DNA of 46,474 bases from the IMG/VR virus record IMGVR_UViG_3300049186_000011; one strand, written 5' to 3'. The first letter of the stretch is position 1; the number at the start of each line of letters is the position of its first letter. Below, piece after piece: positions 1-6,521 of this stretch. Origin of the DNA: a virus. The notes under the pieces were generated by a model. The model was not told the origin of the DNA, did no database searches, and was given only the letters and a program-made list of their open reading frames with translations. The position numbers were made by a program, and so were the translations under genes.

Positions 1-173
1 GCGGAGGCAGCACCCTGGTAGCCGGTGGCGGAGGCAGCACCCCGGGCGCCGGTGGCGGAGGCAGCACCCTGGTAGCCGGTGGCGGAGGCAGCACCCTGGT
101 AGCCGGTGGCGGAGGCAGCACCCTGGTAGCCGGTGGCGGAGGCAGCACCCTGGTAGCCGGTGGCGGAGGCAGG
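1..173. repeat. 27-bp tandem repeat, 6 full units plus a partial one (unit gcggaggcagcacc[ctggtagcc|ccgggcgcc]ggtg)
   Basis: Direct reading. Unit order is Y,R,Y,Y,Y,Y, where Y is the ctggtagcc variant and R the ccgggcgcc variant. 27 nt equals 9 codons. Confidence 0.95.
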
Positions 174-560
174 CGACTGAGGATCAACCGGCAGCGCGCG
201 GCTCATGGTGTATTCAATGGCCGCTTTAATCAGGCCTGGGATACCGATTTCGGCCGAGATTTTGATTTTGCGGCTAGCGACTTTGGTGTCGCCACTTTCG
301 CGGCTCAAGTCGCCGGACTGCTGCACGACAGCGAAGCGATTGCCAGCCGGCGCGTAGTAGTCGAACACGTTCAGCGGGTATTCGCAGGCGTGGAACCCGC
401 CCTCGCACGCTTTGACTTCGCCGTCATGCGTGTACGTCTCGCCCACTGCGTACTGGAAGCCACGGCATTTGAGATTCTCGTCAAAGCCCTTGTACGAGGT
501 GATGACTTCTTCTGCAGCGGTTTGCTCCCCGATATCCGCTGGCTGCGATTGTTCGTCCAT
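1..560 (-). CDS. N-terminal part of a repeat protein (DUF7666-like N-domain followed by nonapeptide repeats); the gene continues across the window junction into 46060..46474
   Basis: ATG at 560 with GGAG about 9 nt upstream. Translation is [76 protein letters not shown]...[19 protein letters not shown](GYQGAASAT)n. It runs off position 1 with 2 nt of a codon left. It is absent from the ORF track because there is no in-window stop. Confidence 0.8.
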   Translation of the reverse strand, partial: MDEQSQPADIGEQTAAEEVITSYKGFDENLKCRGFQYAVGETYTHDGEVKACEGGFHACEYPLNVFDYYAPAGNRFAVVQQSGDLSRESGDTKVASRKIKISAEIGIPGLIKAAIEYTMSRALPVDPQSPASATGYQGAASATGYQGAASATGYQGAASATGYQGAASATGARGAASATGYQGAAS

Positions 561-609
561 GTGACGTTTCTCCGGTTTGTTCGCGGCACCGGGTGGCGCC
601 GATAAATGC

Positions 610-638
610 AGATTACGCATTTTTAGTGAATGCGTCAA
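610..638 (-). promoter_or_regulatory. Sigma70-type promoter for the leftward early operon (PL-like)
   Basis: Minus strand reads TTGACG (638-633), a 17-nt spacer, then TAATCT (615-610). It lies about 50 nt upstream of the ATG at 560. Confidence 0.6.
612..635. promoter_or_regulatory. Operator-like inverted repeat overlapping the PL-like promoter
   Basis: ACGCATT (615-621) and AATGCGT (629-635) form an inverted repeat. The 14-mer ATTACGCATTTTTA (612-625) recurs exactly at 2316-2329 in the cI/cro intergenic region. Confidence 0.5.
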
Positions 639-1114
639 GCGCATTTTTTGGAACGAGGCCTGAAAATTACTGTTACATTTGGGAACAGTTGCGCTTACGA
701 AGTGGGAGGACTAGACTGTGGGCGTGGTGGGGATTTGTAGTAATGCAACCCGGGGCAGCGGGTCAAAAGGGTGGACGCATACAACTCTGCTTTGGCGTCC
801 GAAGCGAAACTCGATGGTCATCGGGCAGCGGGATTCCTGATAAAGCATTGCCGCCACAGCAAGAAAGCGCTGAACTGGCGCCATCAGAACTGCGGGACTT
901 GGCAATCCGGGGCACGGGAACACTCGCAAGATGGTACGGCCCGGATATACCAGAGATCAGCCCTGGTGAGCAAGAAGCTGCGCATGATGTCGGGCGCTGC
1001 CGGAAGCAACCGGCAAGGTTATGCTGGTTCTGCGAATCTGCTGCGCTCGTGAGCGTGCGTGACGGCGCAAGCGGAGGATCAGATGCATTTAATTGCAGCC
1101 GGCGCCAGTTTCAT
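639..1114 (+). ncRNA. ORF-poor region of about 0.5 kb; candidate structured non-coding RNA or decayed tRNA-like array (function unknown)
   Basis: The only long ORF (593..1132) has W/R-rich composition and hand-counted GC3 near 50%, against about 65-70% in neighbouring genes. Several local hairpins are present (773-800, 847-906, 997-1014). The motif GCAA(C/T)(C)CCGGGGCA occurs 3 times. A possible promoter is TTGCGC(689-694)-17 nt-TAGACT(712-717). A plus-strand terminator lies at 1204-1231. Confidence 0.3.
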
Positions 1115-1185
1115 GCTGCTGTAGCTCAGTAGAGAGCGACGGACCAATAATCCGGAGGGCGGGTGCAACTCCCGGGGCAGCTCCA
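1115..1185 (+). ncRNA. tRNA-like element with non-canonical features and an encoded CCA
   Basis: Hand-folded cloverleaf. Acceptor GCTGCTG/GGGCAGC gives 6 of 7 pairs. D-arm is GCTC-AGTAGA-GAGC, a short loop lacking GG. Anticodon arm is ACGGA-CCAATAA-TCCGG, with C rather than U at position 33. T-arm is CGGG-TGCAACT-CCCG, then T-CCA. An intrinsic terminator follows 19 nt downstream. Confidence 0.45.
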
Positions 1186-1203
1186 GTTTCATGTCCAGCA
1201 GAG

Positions 1204-1231
1204 TCCCCGCCTTGCGCGGGGATTATTTTTT
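1204..1231 (+). terminator. Rho-independent terminator
   Basis: Stem TCCCCGC (1204-1210) pairs with GCGGGGA (1216-1222) around a 5-nt loop, followed by TTATTTTTT. Confidence 0.8.
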
Positions 1232-1597
1232 CTGCCGGGCGTTTAGCTCGATCTCTAACACATCGTCTGGAGTCAAATCTGGAAGAGGAGCCGAGGACAT
1301 TCTGCCTTCACGATCTACATAACGAAGCGCCTGCAATACATCCCTGGGTTGCGCACCAGGAATTGGCTTCCCATCTTGATCCGTAGGTGTGTGCGACACA
1401 ATGCGCCAAACCCGTCCCGTCTGGGTATCGAGCAAATACTGATCACTCCGGTATTCTGAAATCTGGCCCAGAACAAACCTGCCATTGGCAGCCGCCAGAG
1501 TCTTTTGGGCTGGCGGCTGAACTTTTACGGCGTCCGCTGCCATGCATGGGATATGAGGTATCAGGCAATAAGCTGCACCTAAAATGATCTTTTTCAT
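1223..1597 (-). CDS. Small secreted protein (moron) downstream of cI
   Basis: 124 aa. N-terminal signal peptide MKKIILGAAYCLIPHIPCMA/ADA. AT-rich upstream region (1598-1720). Same orientation as cI. Confidence 0.7.
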   Translation of the reverse strand: MKKIILGAAYCLIPHIPCMAADAVKVQPPAQKTLAAANGRFVLGQISEYRSDQYLLDTQTGRVWRIVSHTPTDQDGKPIPGAQPRDVLQALRYVDREGRMSSAPLPDLTPDDVLEIELNARQKK

Positions 1598-1817
1598 ATA
1601 CGAGTTATAAGCGTTCGTCCAGGAAATTTGTCATCGAATCTATCAATTCTGCCATTTGCATTAGACAAATCGTGACAACCGCAAAAAATCGGGATATATT
1701 TCTTTCCATGTGGAAGCACTAGCGCGGAGTAGTGTCGGTATGAAAACGCCCCCAACGGTTCACGAACTATATGCAGGCATGACGCCAGAGGCGCGCGACG
1801 CCTGGATGCTGCTCGGG

Positions 1818-1845
1818 CAGAAATTCATGCGCCGATGGCCGGCGC
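1818..1845 (-). terminator. Possible weak terminator after the cI-like gene
   Basis: On the minus strand, GCGCCG-gccat-CGGCGC hairpin (1829-1845) followed by AUGAAUUUCU. Confidence 0.35.
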
Positions 1846-1853
1846 CCGCGCGG

Positions 1854-2240
1854 TTACGCCTGGTTGGCGGCCCTGTCCCCGCTGAACATCTCCTGCGCGA
1901 CGTCGACGGCGTCGTCGATGACTGCGCGCCCCTCGGCGTTTGCCATCCGGTAGGCCGCTAATATTCGCAACTCCTGCGGCGTCTCGGCTGACATGCCCAG
2001 CACAGTTCCCGGGAGATTGCGCACACGGCGCAGACGCGTAGGCTCATCATTCGTGAAGAAGTCGGCAGCCTGAACGCTCAGCGCTTCAGCCAACGAGTAA
2101 AGCTTCTCTTCGCTTATCCACTGCTCCCCGCGCTCTATCCGAGAAAGATTGCCATCGGACAATCCTGCGCGCGCCTCCACATCGGCTAGCGTCATCCCAG
2201 CCGCCTTGCGGATCTGCCTGATTCTTTTCCCAACTTTCAT
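1854..2240 (-). CDS. CI-like repressor (XRE-family HTH, no S24 peptidase domain seen)
   Basis: MKVGKRIRQIRKAAGMTLADVEARAGLSDGNLSRIERGEQ... Divergent from the cro-like gene across a 103-bp operator region. An alternative upstream ATG lies at 2324. Confidence 0.8.
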   Translation of the reverse strand: MKVGKRIRQIRKAAGMTLADVEARAGLSDGNLSRIERGEQWISEEKLYSLAEALSVQAADFFTNDEPTRLRRVRNLPGTVLGMSAETPQELRILAAYRMANAEGRAVIDDAVDVAQEMFSGDRAANQA

Positions 2241-2343
2241 ACGTCCGATTGTCGGTAATAAATGCGGGTCACGCAAAGCGCCTTGCGCATTTTCATTTTG
2301 GGGTATAAAGTGCGTATTACGCATTTTTAATTCACTGGACACC
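2241..2343. promoter_or_regulatory. Divergent immunity promoter/operator region (PRM/PR-like)
   Basis: Palindrome TGCGTA-T-TACGCA (2311-2323). TGCG-N5-CGCA lies near 2263-2275. TATAAA at 2304-2309 with TTGCGC at 2283-2288. Shares ATTACGCATTTTTA and GCGCATTTT with the 610-650 region. Confidence 0.6.
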
Positions 2344-2565
2344 ATGAAATCTCCTCTTCGACAGATGCGCGAAAAGCGCGGAATCACTCTCCAGGTGCTC
2401 GCGTCGCAAGTAGGCAGCGACGTTGGCAACCTGAGCCGCATTGAGCGCGGCGTACAAAGCCCATCGCGAGAGCTGGCGGAGCGTATTTGCCAGCACTTTG
2501 GCAATGAGATTAATGAACTGCAGTTGTTCTATCCCGAGCGCTTCGCCAGCGCCGAAGCGAGCTAA
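2344..2565 (+). CDS. Cro-like XRE-family HTH regulator
   Basis: MKSPLRQMREKRGITLQVLASQVGSDVGNLSRIERGVQSPS... First gene of the rightward operon. Confidence 0.8.
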   Translation: MKSPLRQMREKRGITLQVLASQVGSDVGNLSRIERGVQSPSRELAERICQHFGNEINELQLFYPERFASAEAS

Positions 2566-2567
2566 CC

Positions 2568-2867
2568 ATGACCCCAGTATCCCCAGCAGACGCCGAGAAG
2601 GCACGCAAGTTCCACTCACTGGTATTGCAAAAAATCTCAGCGTTCGGCCAGCGCCAAATGGCAGAAGAACTCAAGACGTCCGAGTCGACTATCTCCCGAT
2701 ACGTCGCATCGGACCTTGAGCGCGCCTGCGGCGTTTTGGCTGTGCTGGGGCTGAAGATCGTGCCGACTGAGGTCCGCATGTACGAGCCGCGCAAGGTCGA
2801 ACTGCTGATTGAGCTTGCACGTGACCACTTGAACAACGCGACGCCCGAACAGTTCTCGTTCGACTGA
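2568..2867 (+). CDS. CII-like transcriptional activator
   Basis: 99 aa, placed directly after cro. The pattern LVLQKISAFGQRQMAEELKTSESTISRY...LAVLGL resembles lambda CII (KIAMLGTEKTAEAVGVDKSQISRW...LAVLEW). Confidence 0.55.
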   Translation: MTPVSPADAEKARKFHSLVLQKISAFGQRQMAEELKTSESTISRYVASDLERACGVLAVLGLKIVPTEVRMYEPRKVELLIELARDHLNNATPEQFSFD

Positions 2868-2902
2868 GGCTGATTGCACCACACCCGATACGGAGGCCAT
2901 TT

Positions 2903-3082
2903 ATGCCAACTCAAATCGTACCTGTAGAAGAAATACAGCGGCGCGCGCGTAACGCAGTGCAGCAAGGTCTGCCGCGTGAAGCATGCCCGTTCAACTGGCA
3001 CGCAGACGCGTACCGCACCTGGCACGACGAATACACACGCGCGACTGAGGAAGCCGCGCAGGAGGAAGCAAGCCATGCGTAA
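2903..3082 (+). CDS. Small Rmf/CrpP-like protein (59 aa; below the ORF-track cutoff)
   Basis: GGAGG lies 6 nt upstream of ATG 2903. MPTQIVPVEEIQRRARNAVQQGLPREACPFNWHADAYRTWHDEYTRATEEAAQEEASHA. The G..(R)..CP(F/Y)...W..(G/E)(W/Y) pattern matches the Rmf/CrpP fold family. Confidence 0.45.
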   Translation: MPTQIVPVEEIQRRARNAVQQGLPREACPFNWHADAYRTWHDEYTRATEEAAQEEASHA

Positions 3083-3491
3083 ATTTGATACCCCTGCGGG
3101 CATCGCTCAGTTGCGTAAAGCCCTGGACGTGATTAAGGCCCACGGCGGCCGGGTCACTATCGGAGACGTGGCGCATGAGTGCGATGTCAGCGCAACTACT
3201 GCGGGCCGCTACATGATGGTGATGGCAAATGCCGGATGCATCCGCGCATTACCCCGTGTTGAGAACCGGCAGGCTGTGTATGTGCTGGTTGACGAATCGA
3301 GAATGCCGAAAGAGCGCGCGCCGCTGTCGTCGGCACAAGTCGCCAGCATTGAGCGCTTGGCGTTTGGCGCAAAGAATCATGGGCTGAGCGCGCACCGCTC
3401 CGTACGCATCACCAAAGCGAAGCAGATAGGCCTGCAACGCGATCCACTCATAGCCGCCCTCTTCGGCCAGCCCGCCCAGGTGCAATCATGA
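3075..3491 (+). CDS. Putative winged-helix DNA-binding protein
   Basis: ATG 3075 overlaps the previous stop. MRKFDTPAGIAQLRKALDVIKAHGGRVTIGDVAHECDVSATTAGRYMMVMANAGCI... Confidence 0.6.
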   Translation: MRKFDTPAGIAQLRKALDVIKAHGGRVTIGDVAHECDVSATTAGRYMMVMANAGCIRALPRVENRQAVYVLVDESRMPKERAPLSSAQVASIERLAFGAKNHGLSAHRSVRITKAKQIGLQRDPLIAALFGQPAQVQS

Positions 3492-3685
3492 ATGCCCCCT
3501 TTCAGCCGGTTGCAGCGGCTTGCACAAATCAGCCCGGCCTTGCACAGCCTTGCACGCCGGCCGTCACCATTTCACCGGAGGCGCTGCAACTGCTGGCGCA
3601 GTTCGAGGCCCTGGCGCCCTACGGCAAGCGCGTGGCGCTGGTCATGATTGCGGGGTTGGTCAGGTTGCAGGCGGGGGCGGTGTGA
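3488..3685 (+). CDS. Hypothetical protein
   Basis: 65 aa. ATGA overlap with the upstream gene. Confidence 0.5.
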   Translation: MNAPFQPVAAACTNQPGLAQPCTPAVTISPEALQLLAQFEALAPYGKRVALVMIAGLVRLQAGAV

Positions 3686-4710
3686 CGTCCGATGTTTACT
3701 ACAACGAATACGAACCATATGCTGCCCAGTGGCTGCGCAACCTCATTGCAGCCGGCCACATTGCGCCTGGCGAAGTCGATGAACGGAGTATCGAAGATGT
3801 CCACCCTGACGACCTGCGCGGCTATACCCAATGCCACTTTTTCGCCGGGGTCGGCGTCTGGTCCTACGCACTTCGCCGTGCAGGCTGGCCAGATGACCGA
3901 CCTGTTTGGACCGGTTCCTGTCCGTGCCAACCTTTCAGCGCGGCAGGCAAAGGACTTGCGTTTGCTGACGAGCGGCACCTCTGGCCAGCTTTTGGGCACC
4001 TCATCGGCAAGCGCAAGCCTCCAGTCGTCCTTGGAGAGCAAGTTGCTAGCTCGCCTGTCGATGACTGGATCGACCTTGTACACGCTGACATGGAAGCCAT
4101 GGGTTACGCCTTCGGGAGTGTCCCGTTCCCGTCTGCGGGCGTCGGTGCGCCGCACATCCGCGACCGGAATTACTGGTGTGGAGTCGCCCAGGGCGACTCC
4201 ATCGGCAAGGGACTGGAAAAGCGCATCCGGGAGTCTGGATTTCCTAAACGGGCGCGCGGAGCAATCCAGGGGCAAGCCGTTGTCGGAACAGGTATTCAAG
4301 CTCTGCGGATGGATATCGCCCCAGGCAGCGGACGCCAACGGATCGGGCAAGAACCAGAATACCGCCAGCCTGGACAAGCAGGTAAAGGCAATAGCGGGCT
4401 GCCCAACGCCGCAAGCTATGGACGCGAGTGGCGGTGGGCAGGCCAAGCGAGCGATGGGCGAAACGCGGCACGGGTCGAATCTGAACGACTTTGCGATGCT
4501 AGCGAACAGCCCGGCCCGACGAACGGTTTCTGGAGAGATGCTGACTGGCTCGGATGCACAGATGGAAAGTGGCGGCCAGTTGAACCCGGCACATTCCCGC
4601 TGGCTCATGGGGCTACCAACCGCGTGGGACGACTGCGCGCCTACGGTAATGCGATCAACGCCGAAGCGGCAAAAGTCTGGATCGAAACGGTGATGGAGTG
4701 CATGCCATGA
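3682..4710 (+). CDS. DNA (cytosine-5) methyltransferase; uninterrupted frame-A ORF whose central part is probably not the selected frame (see finding)
   Basis: GTG 3682 overlaps the upstream stop. Motifs: [22 protein letters not shown] (motif I-like), PCQPFS (IV, 3922-3939), GEQV (VI), APHIRDR (VIII), GNAI (X-like, 4645-4656). Confidence 0.75.
   Translation: MTSDVYYNEYEPYAAQWLRNLIAAGHIAPGEVDERSIEDVHPDDLRGYTQCHFFAGVGVWSYALRRAGWPDDRPVWTGSCPCQPFSAAGKGLAFADERHLWPAFGHLIGKRKPPVVLGEQVASSPVDDWIDLVHADMEAMGYAFGSVPFPSAGVGAPHIRDRNYWCGVAQGDSIGKGLEKRIRESGFPKRARGAIQGQAVVGTGIQALRMDIAPGSGRQRIGQEPEYRQPGQAGKGNSGLPNAASYGREWRWAGQASDGRNAARVESERLCDASEQPGPTNGFWRDADWLGCTDGKWRPVEPGTFPLAHGATNRVGRLRAYGNAINAEAAKVWIETVMECMP
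4184..4693 (+). CDS. Alternative (+1) frame segment carrying C5-methyltransferase target-recognition and motif IX-like sequences
   Basis: Frame of ORF 3692..4693. ATPSARDWK (4193-4219), [23 protein letters not shown] (4400-4438), [17 protein letters not shown] (4580-4630). Hand-counted GC3 over 4184-4525 is about 73% here against about 58% in frame A. Confidence 0.5.
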   Translation, partial: SPRATPSARDWKSASGSLDFLNGRAEQSRGKPLSEQVFKLCGWISPQAADANGSGKNQNTASLDKQVKAIAGCPTPQAMDASGGGQAKRAMGETRHGSNLNDFAMLANSPARRTVSGEMLTGSDAQMESGGQLNPAHSRWLMGLPTAWDDCAPTVMRSTPKRQKSGSKR

Positions 4711-4762
4711 ACGACTCACATCAACCACTGACGCCCGCTGATTGCGATCTGGAGTATCCGAA

Positions 4763-5299
4763 ATGAAACGCCAAGCCATCAGCAAAAAGGACCGGTTCGA
4801 GGTCTTCAAACGTGACGGGTTTTGCTGCCAATACTGCGGCGCCGTCCCGCCTAAGGCATTGCTTGAGGTTGATCATATTGACCCGGTATGTAATGGCGGC
4901 ACCAATGATCAGGACAACCTGATTACCGCCTGCTTCGACTGCAATAGAGGCAAAGGCGGCGATGCACTGACCGCCATTCCAAAGAGCCTCGCAGAGAAGG
5001 CTGCTGAAATCGCAGAGCGCGAGGCGCAGATCGCCGGGTATCGCAGCGTGATCCAGGCCCAACTGGATCGCATCGAGAATGACATGTGGCGTGTCGCTGA
5101 CGTCATTGTGATGCATGCCAGCACTCGTGGCATGCCAACTGACTGGCTTCGCTCAATCAAACACTTCCTGGGCCGGCTACCGCTGCACACCGTACTTGAT
5201 GCTGCGGAAATCGCCTGCGTCAACGGGCCACACGGCAACGCCGCCCGATTCCGCTACTTCTGCGGGATCTGCTGGAACCGAATTAAGGAATCAAAATAA
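4763..5299 (+). CDS. HNH endonuclease
   Basis: MKRQAISKKDRFEVFKRDGFCCQYCGAVPPKALLEVDHIDPVCNGGTNDQDNLITACFDCNRGKG, showing CxxC...H-N-H...CxxC. Confidence 0.9.
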   Translation: MKRQAISKKDRFEVFKRDGFCCQYCGAVPPKALLEVDHIDPVCNGGTNDQDNLITACFDCNRGKGGDALTAIPKSLAEKAAEIAEREAQIAGYRSVIQAQLDRIENDMWRVADVIVMHASTRGMPTDWLRSIKHFLGRLPLHTVLDAAEIACVNGPHGNAARFRYFCGICWNRIKESK

Positions 5300-6267
5300 T
5301 GGCCCGCGCTCGCAACATCAAACCCGGCTTCTACAAGAACGAGGATCTGGCTGAATGCTCGATCCTCGCGCGCCTTATATACCCTGGATTGTGGATGCTG
5401 GCTGACCGTGAAGGCCGCCTTGAAGACCGCCCCAAGAGGATCAAGGGCGAACTTCTGCCCTATGACAACGCCGATGTTGACAAGCTTTTGGGCGAGTTGG
5501 AACGGTGGGGATTGATCATTCGGTACGAGGCTGATGGCAATCGCTATATCGCCATTCCGAAGTTTTTGCAGCATCAGAACCCCCATCATCGCGAGGCCGA
5601 AAGCATCATTCCACCGCCAAATTGCCCAGGGTTAGATGATGTTGGTATGACGGTAAAGCCTAGGGCTTTGGTGTCATGCGAAGATGATGAGGCCCAAGAC
5701 ATGCCCGAGGAAAGCCCGGAAAAGGCACGTCCTAGCCGTGCTGAATCCCCTATCCTGAATCCTGAATCCCCTATCCTGAATCCTGAATCATCATCATCCG
5801 ATGATGCCGATGACGACCGCGACCCGGAAAACCTCAAGCCACCCCTTCCGCTTGCGCGGAATGTGCAAATCGCACTGCTGCTGCGCGCACAGCAAATCGA
5901 GGCTACATCGCAAAACCCCATCGTTTGCGTGACCTGGGCGCAAAACCCGGATGTCACGGACGAGGTGCTGAACCTCGCGATCTTGAAGGCCAAAAAGCAC
6001 CAGGGGGAAGGCAAATCAATCGCGGTCAAGTACCTGCTGCCCATCGTGGCCCAAATCCTTGCCGAGCAGTCAGCACCACCGCCCACTGCCGAGCCGCAGA
6101 AAGCCCGCGAGGACTGGTCGTGGTCGAAGTCGCACCAGGGCATCGAAAGCAAGGCCCGTGAACTGGGCATCAAAATCCGCCAGACGCACAGCTACGACGA
6201 CGTGAAGCAGTTGTGCTTTGACGAAATCCGCAAGCGCAAATCGCAATCACCCGGAGGTGCAGCATGA
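5299..6267 (+). CDS. Replication initiator/organizer-like protein (wHTH-like N-terminus, DnaD-like C-terminal region)
   Basis: MARARNIKPGFYKNEDLAECS...LWMLADREGRLEDRP...IAIPKFLQHQNPHHRE. C-terminal ...VTDEVLNLAILKAKKHQGEGKSIAVKYLLPIVAQIL. Contains internal iteron-like repeats. Confidence 0.5.
   Translation: MARARNIKPGFYKNEDLAECSILARLIYPGLWMLADREGRLEDRPKRIKGELLPYDNADVDKLLGELERWGLIIRYEADGNRYIAIPKFLQHQNPHHREAESIIPPPNCPGLDDVGMTVKPRALVSCEDDEAQDMPEESPEKARPSRAESPILNPESPILNPESSSSDDADDDRDPENLKPPLPLARNVQIALLLRAQQIEATSQNPIVCVTWAQNPDVTDEVLNLAILKAKKHQGEGKSIAVKYLLPIVAQILAEQSAPPPTAEPQKAREDWSWSKSHQGIESKARELGIKIRQTHSYDDVKQLCFDEIRKRKSQSPGGAA
5741..5806. repeat. Iteron-like repeats plus palindrome inside the replication gene (candidate ori)
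   Basis: The 21-bp unit ctgaatcccctatcctgaatc occurs 2.3 times (5741-5789), giving five CTGAATC heptamers. The palindrome catcat-ccg-atgatg follows at 5792-5806. Confidence 0.5.
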
Positions 6268-6521
6268 CGATGAAGCACGTTGTTGACGGCCTGATGCAGG
6301 TCACCCGTTGCCGATCACATTCGCAACTGGCGCGGCTGTGCGACATCGAACAGGCCACCGTTTCTGGCATCTGGTGCGGGAAGATCCATGGAATTTCGCT
6401 CCGGACGTTTGAGAAATTGCAGGTTGGTACCGGGGTTTCTGCCGACTGCATGCTTGGCTGGTACCGCATGCCAGATGAGGCTGAACTTGGGCGCGTGAAG
6501 CTGGACGGGGACAAGCCATGA
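6264..6521 (+). CDS. Small HTH-like protein
   Basis: 85 aa, ...SQLARLCDIEQATVSGIWCGK... ATGA overlap with the upstream gene. Confidence 0.55.
   Translation: MTMKHVVDGLMQVTRCRSHSQLARLCDIEQATVSGIWCGKIHGISLRTFEKLQVGTGVSADCMLGWYRMPDEAELGRVKLDGDKP

Noticed and set aside
1-72. The 72-bp identical termini as physical direct terminal repeats of the virion DNA
   Set aside because: The identity lies inside a coding tandem repeat and preserves one reading frame across the junction. The terminase and portal resemble headful-packaging (P22-like) types. An assembly overlap is the simpler explanation. This cannot be fully excluded without reads.
1-173. Possible CRISPR array, given the regular 27-bp repeats at both window ends
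   Set aside because: The units are contiguous with no spacers. They are a multiple of 3 in length and lie in frame within a protein-coding gene. No cas genes are present.
371-589. Track ORF (minus strand, 72 aa) [17 protein letters not shown]...
   Set aside because: It is an out-of-frame, Arg-rich shadow of the real gene that starts at ATG 560.
593-1132. 179-aa plus-strand ORF spanning the whole intergenic region
   Set aside because: It has a GTG start within the PL promoter/5' UTR of the opposite gene, W/R/G-rich composition, and GC3 near 50% by hand count against about 65-70% in real genes here. No motif was recognised. The region is treated as non-coding.
1115-1185. Calling this a standard tRNA gene, or a tmRNA 3' fragment that would mark integration into ssrA
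   Set aside because: The T-arm and 3' end (GCGGGTGCAACTCCCG…CAGCTCCA) do resemble the E. coli tmRNA 3' end. However, the element has D- and anticodon-like arms, no tag ORF or 5' partner could be found, and it is about 10 kb from int. As a tRNA it lacks U33, the D-loop GG and the T-loop TTC. It is therefore reported only as tRNA-like.
1740-1961. Plus-strand ORF (MKTPPTVHELYAGMTPEARDAWMLLGQKF…) convergent with and overlapping the cI 3' end
   Set aside because: Most of it is the antisense shadow frame of cI, where third codon positions coincide and inflate GC3. The unique part is only about 38 codons. It would overlap a probable cI terminator. Not supported.
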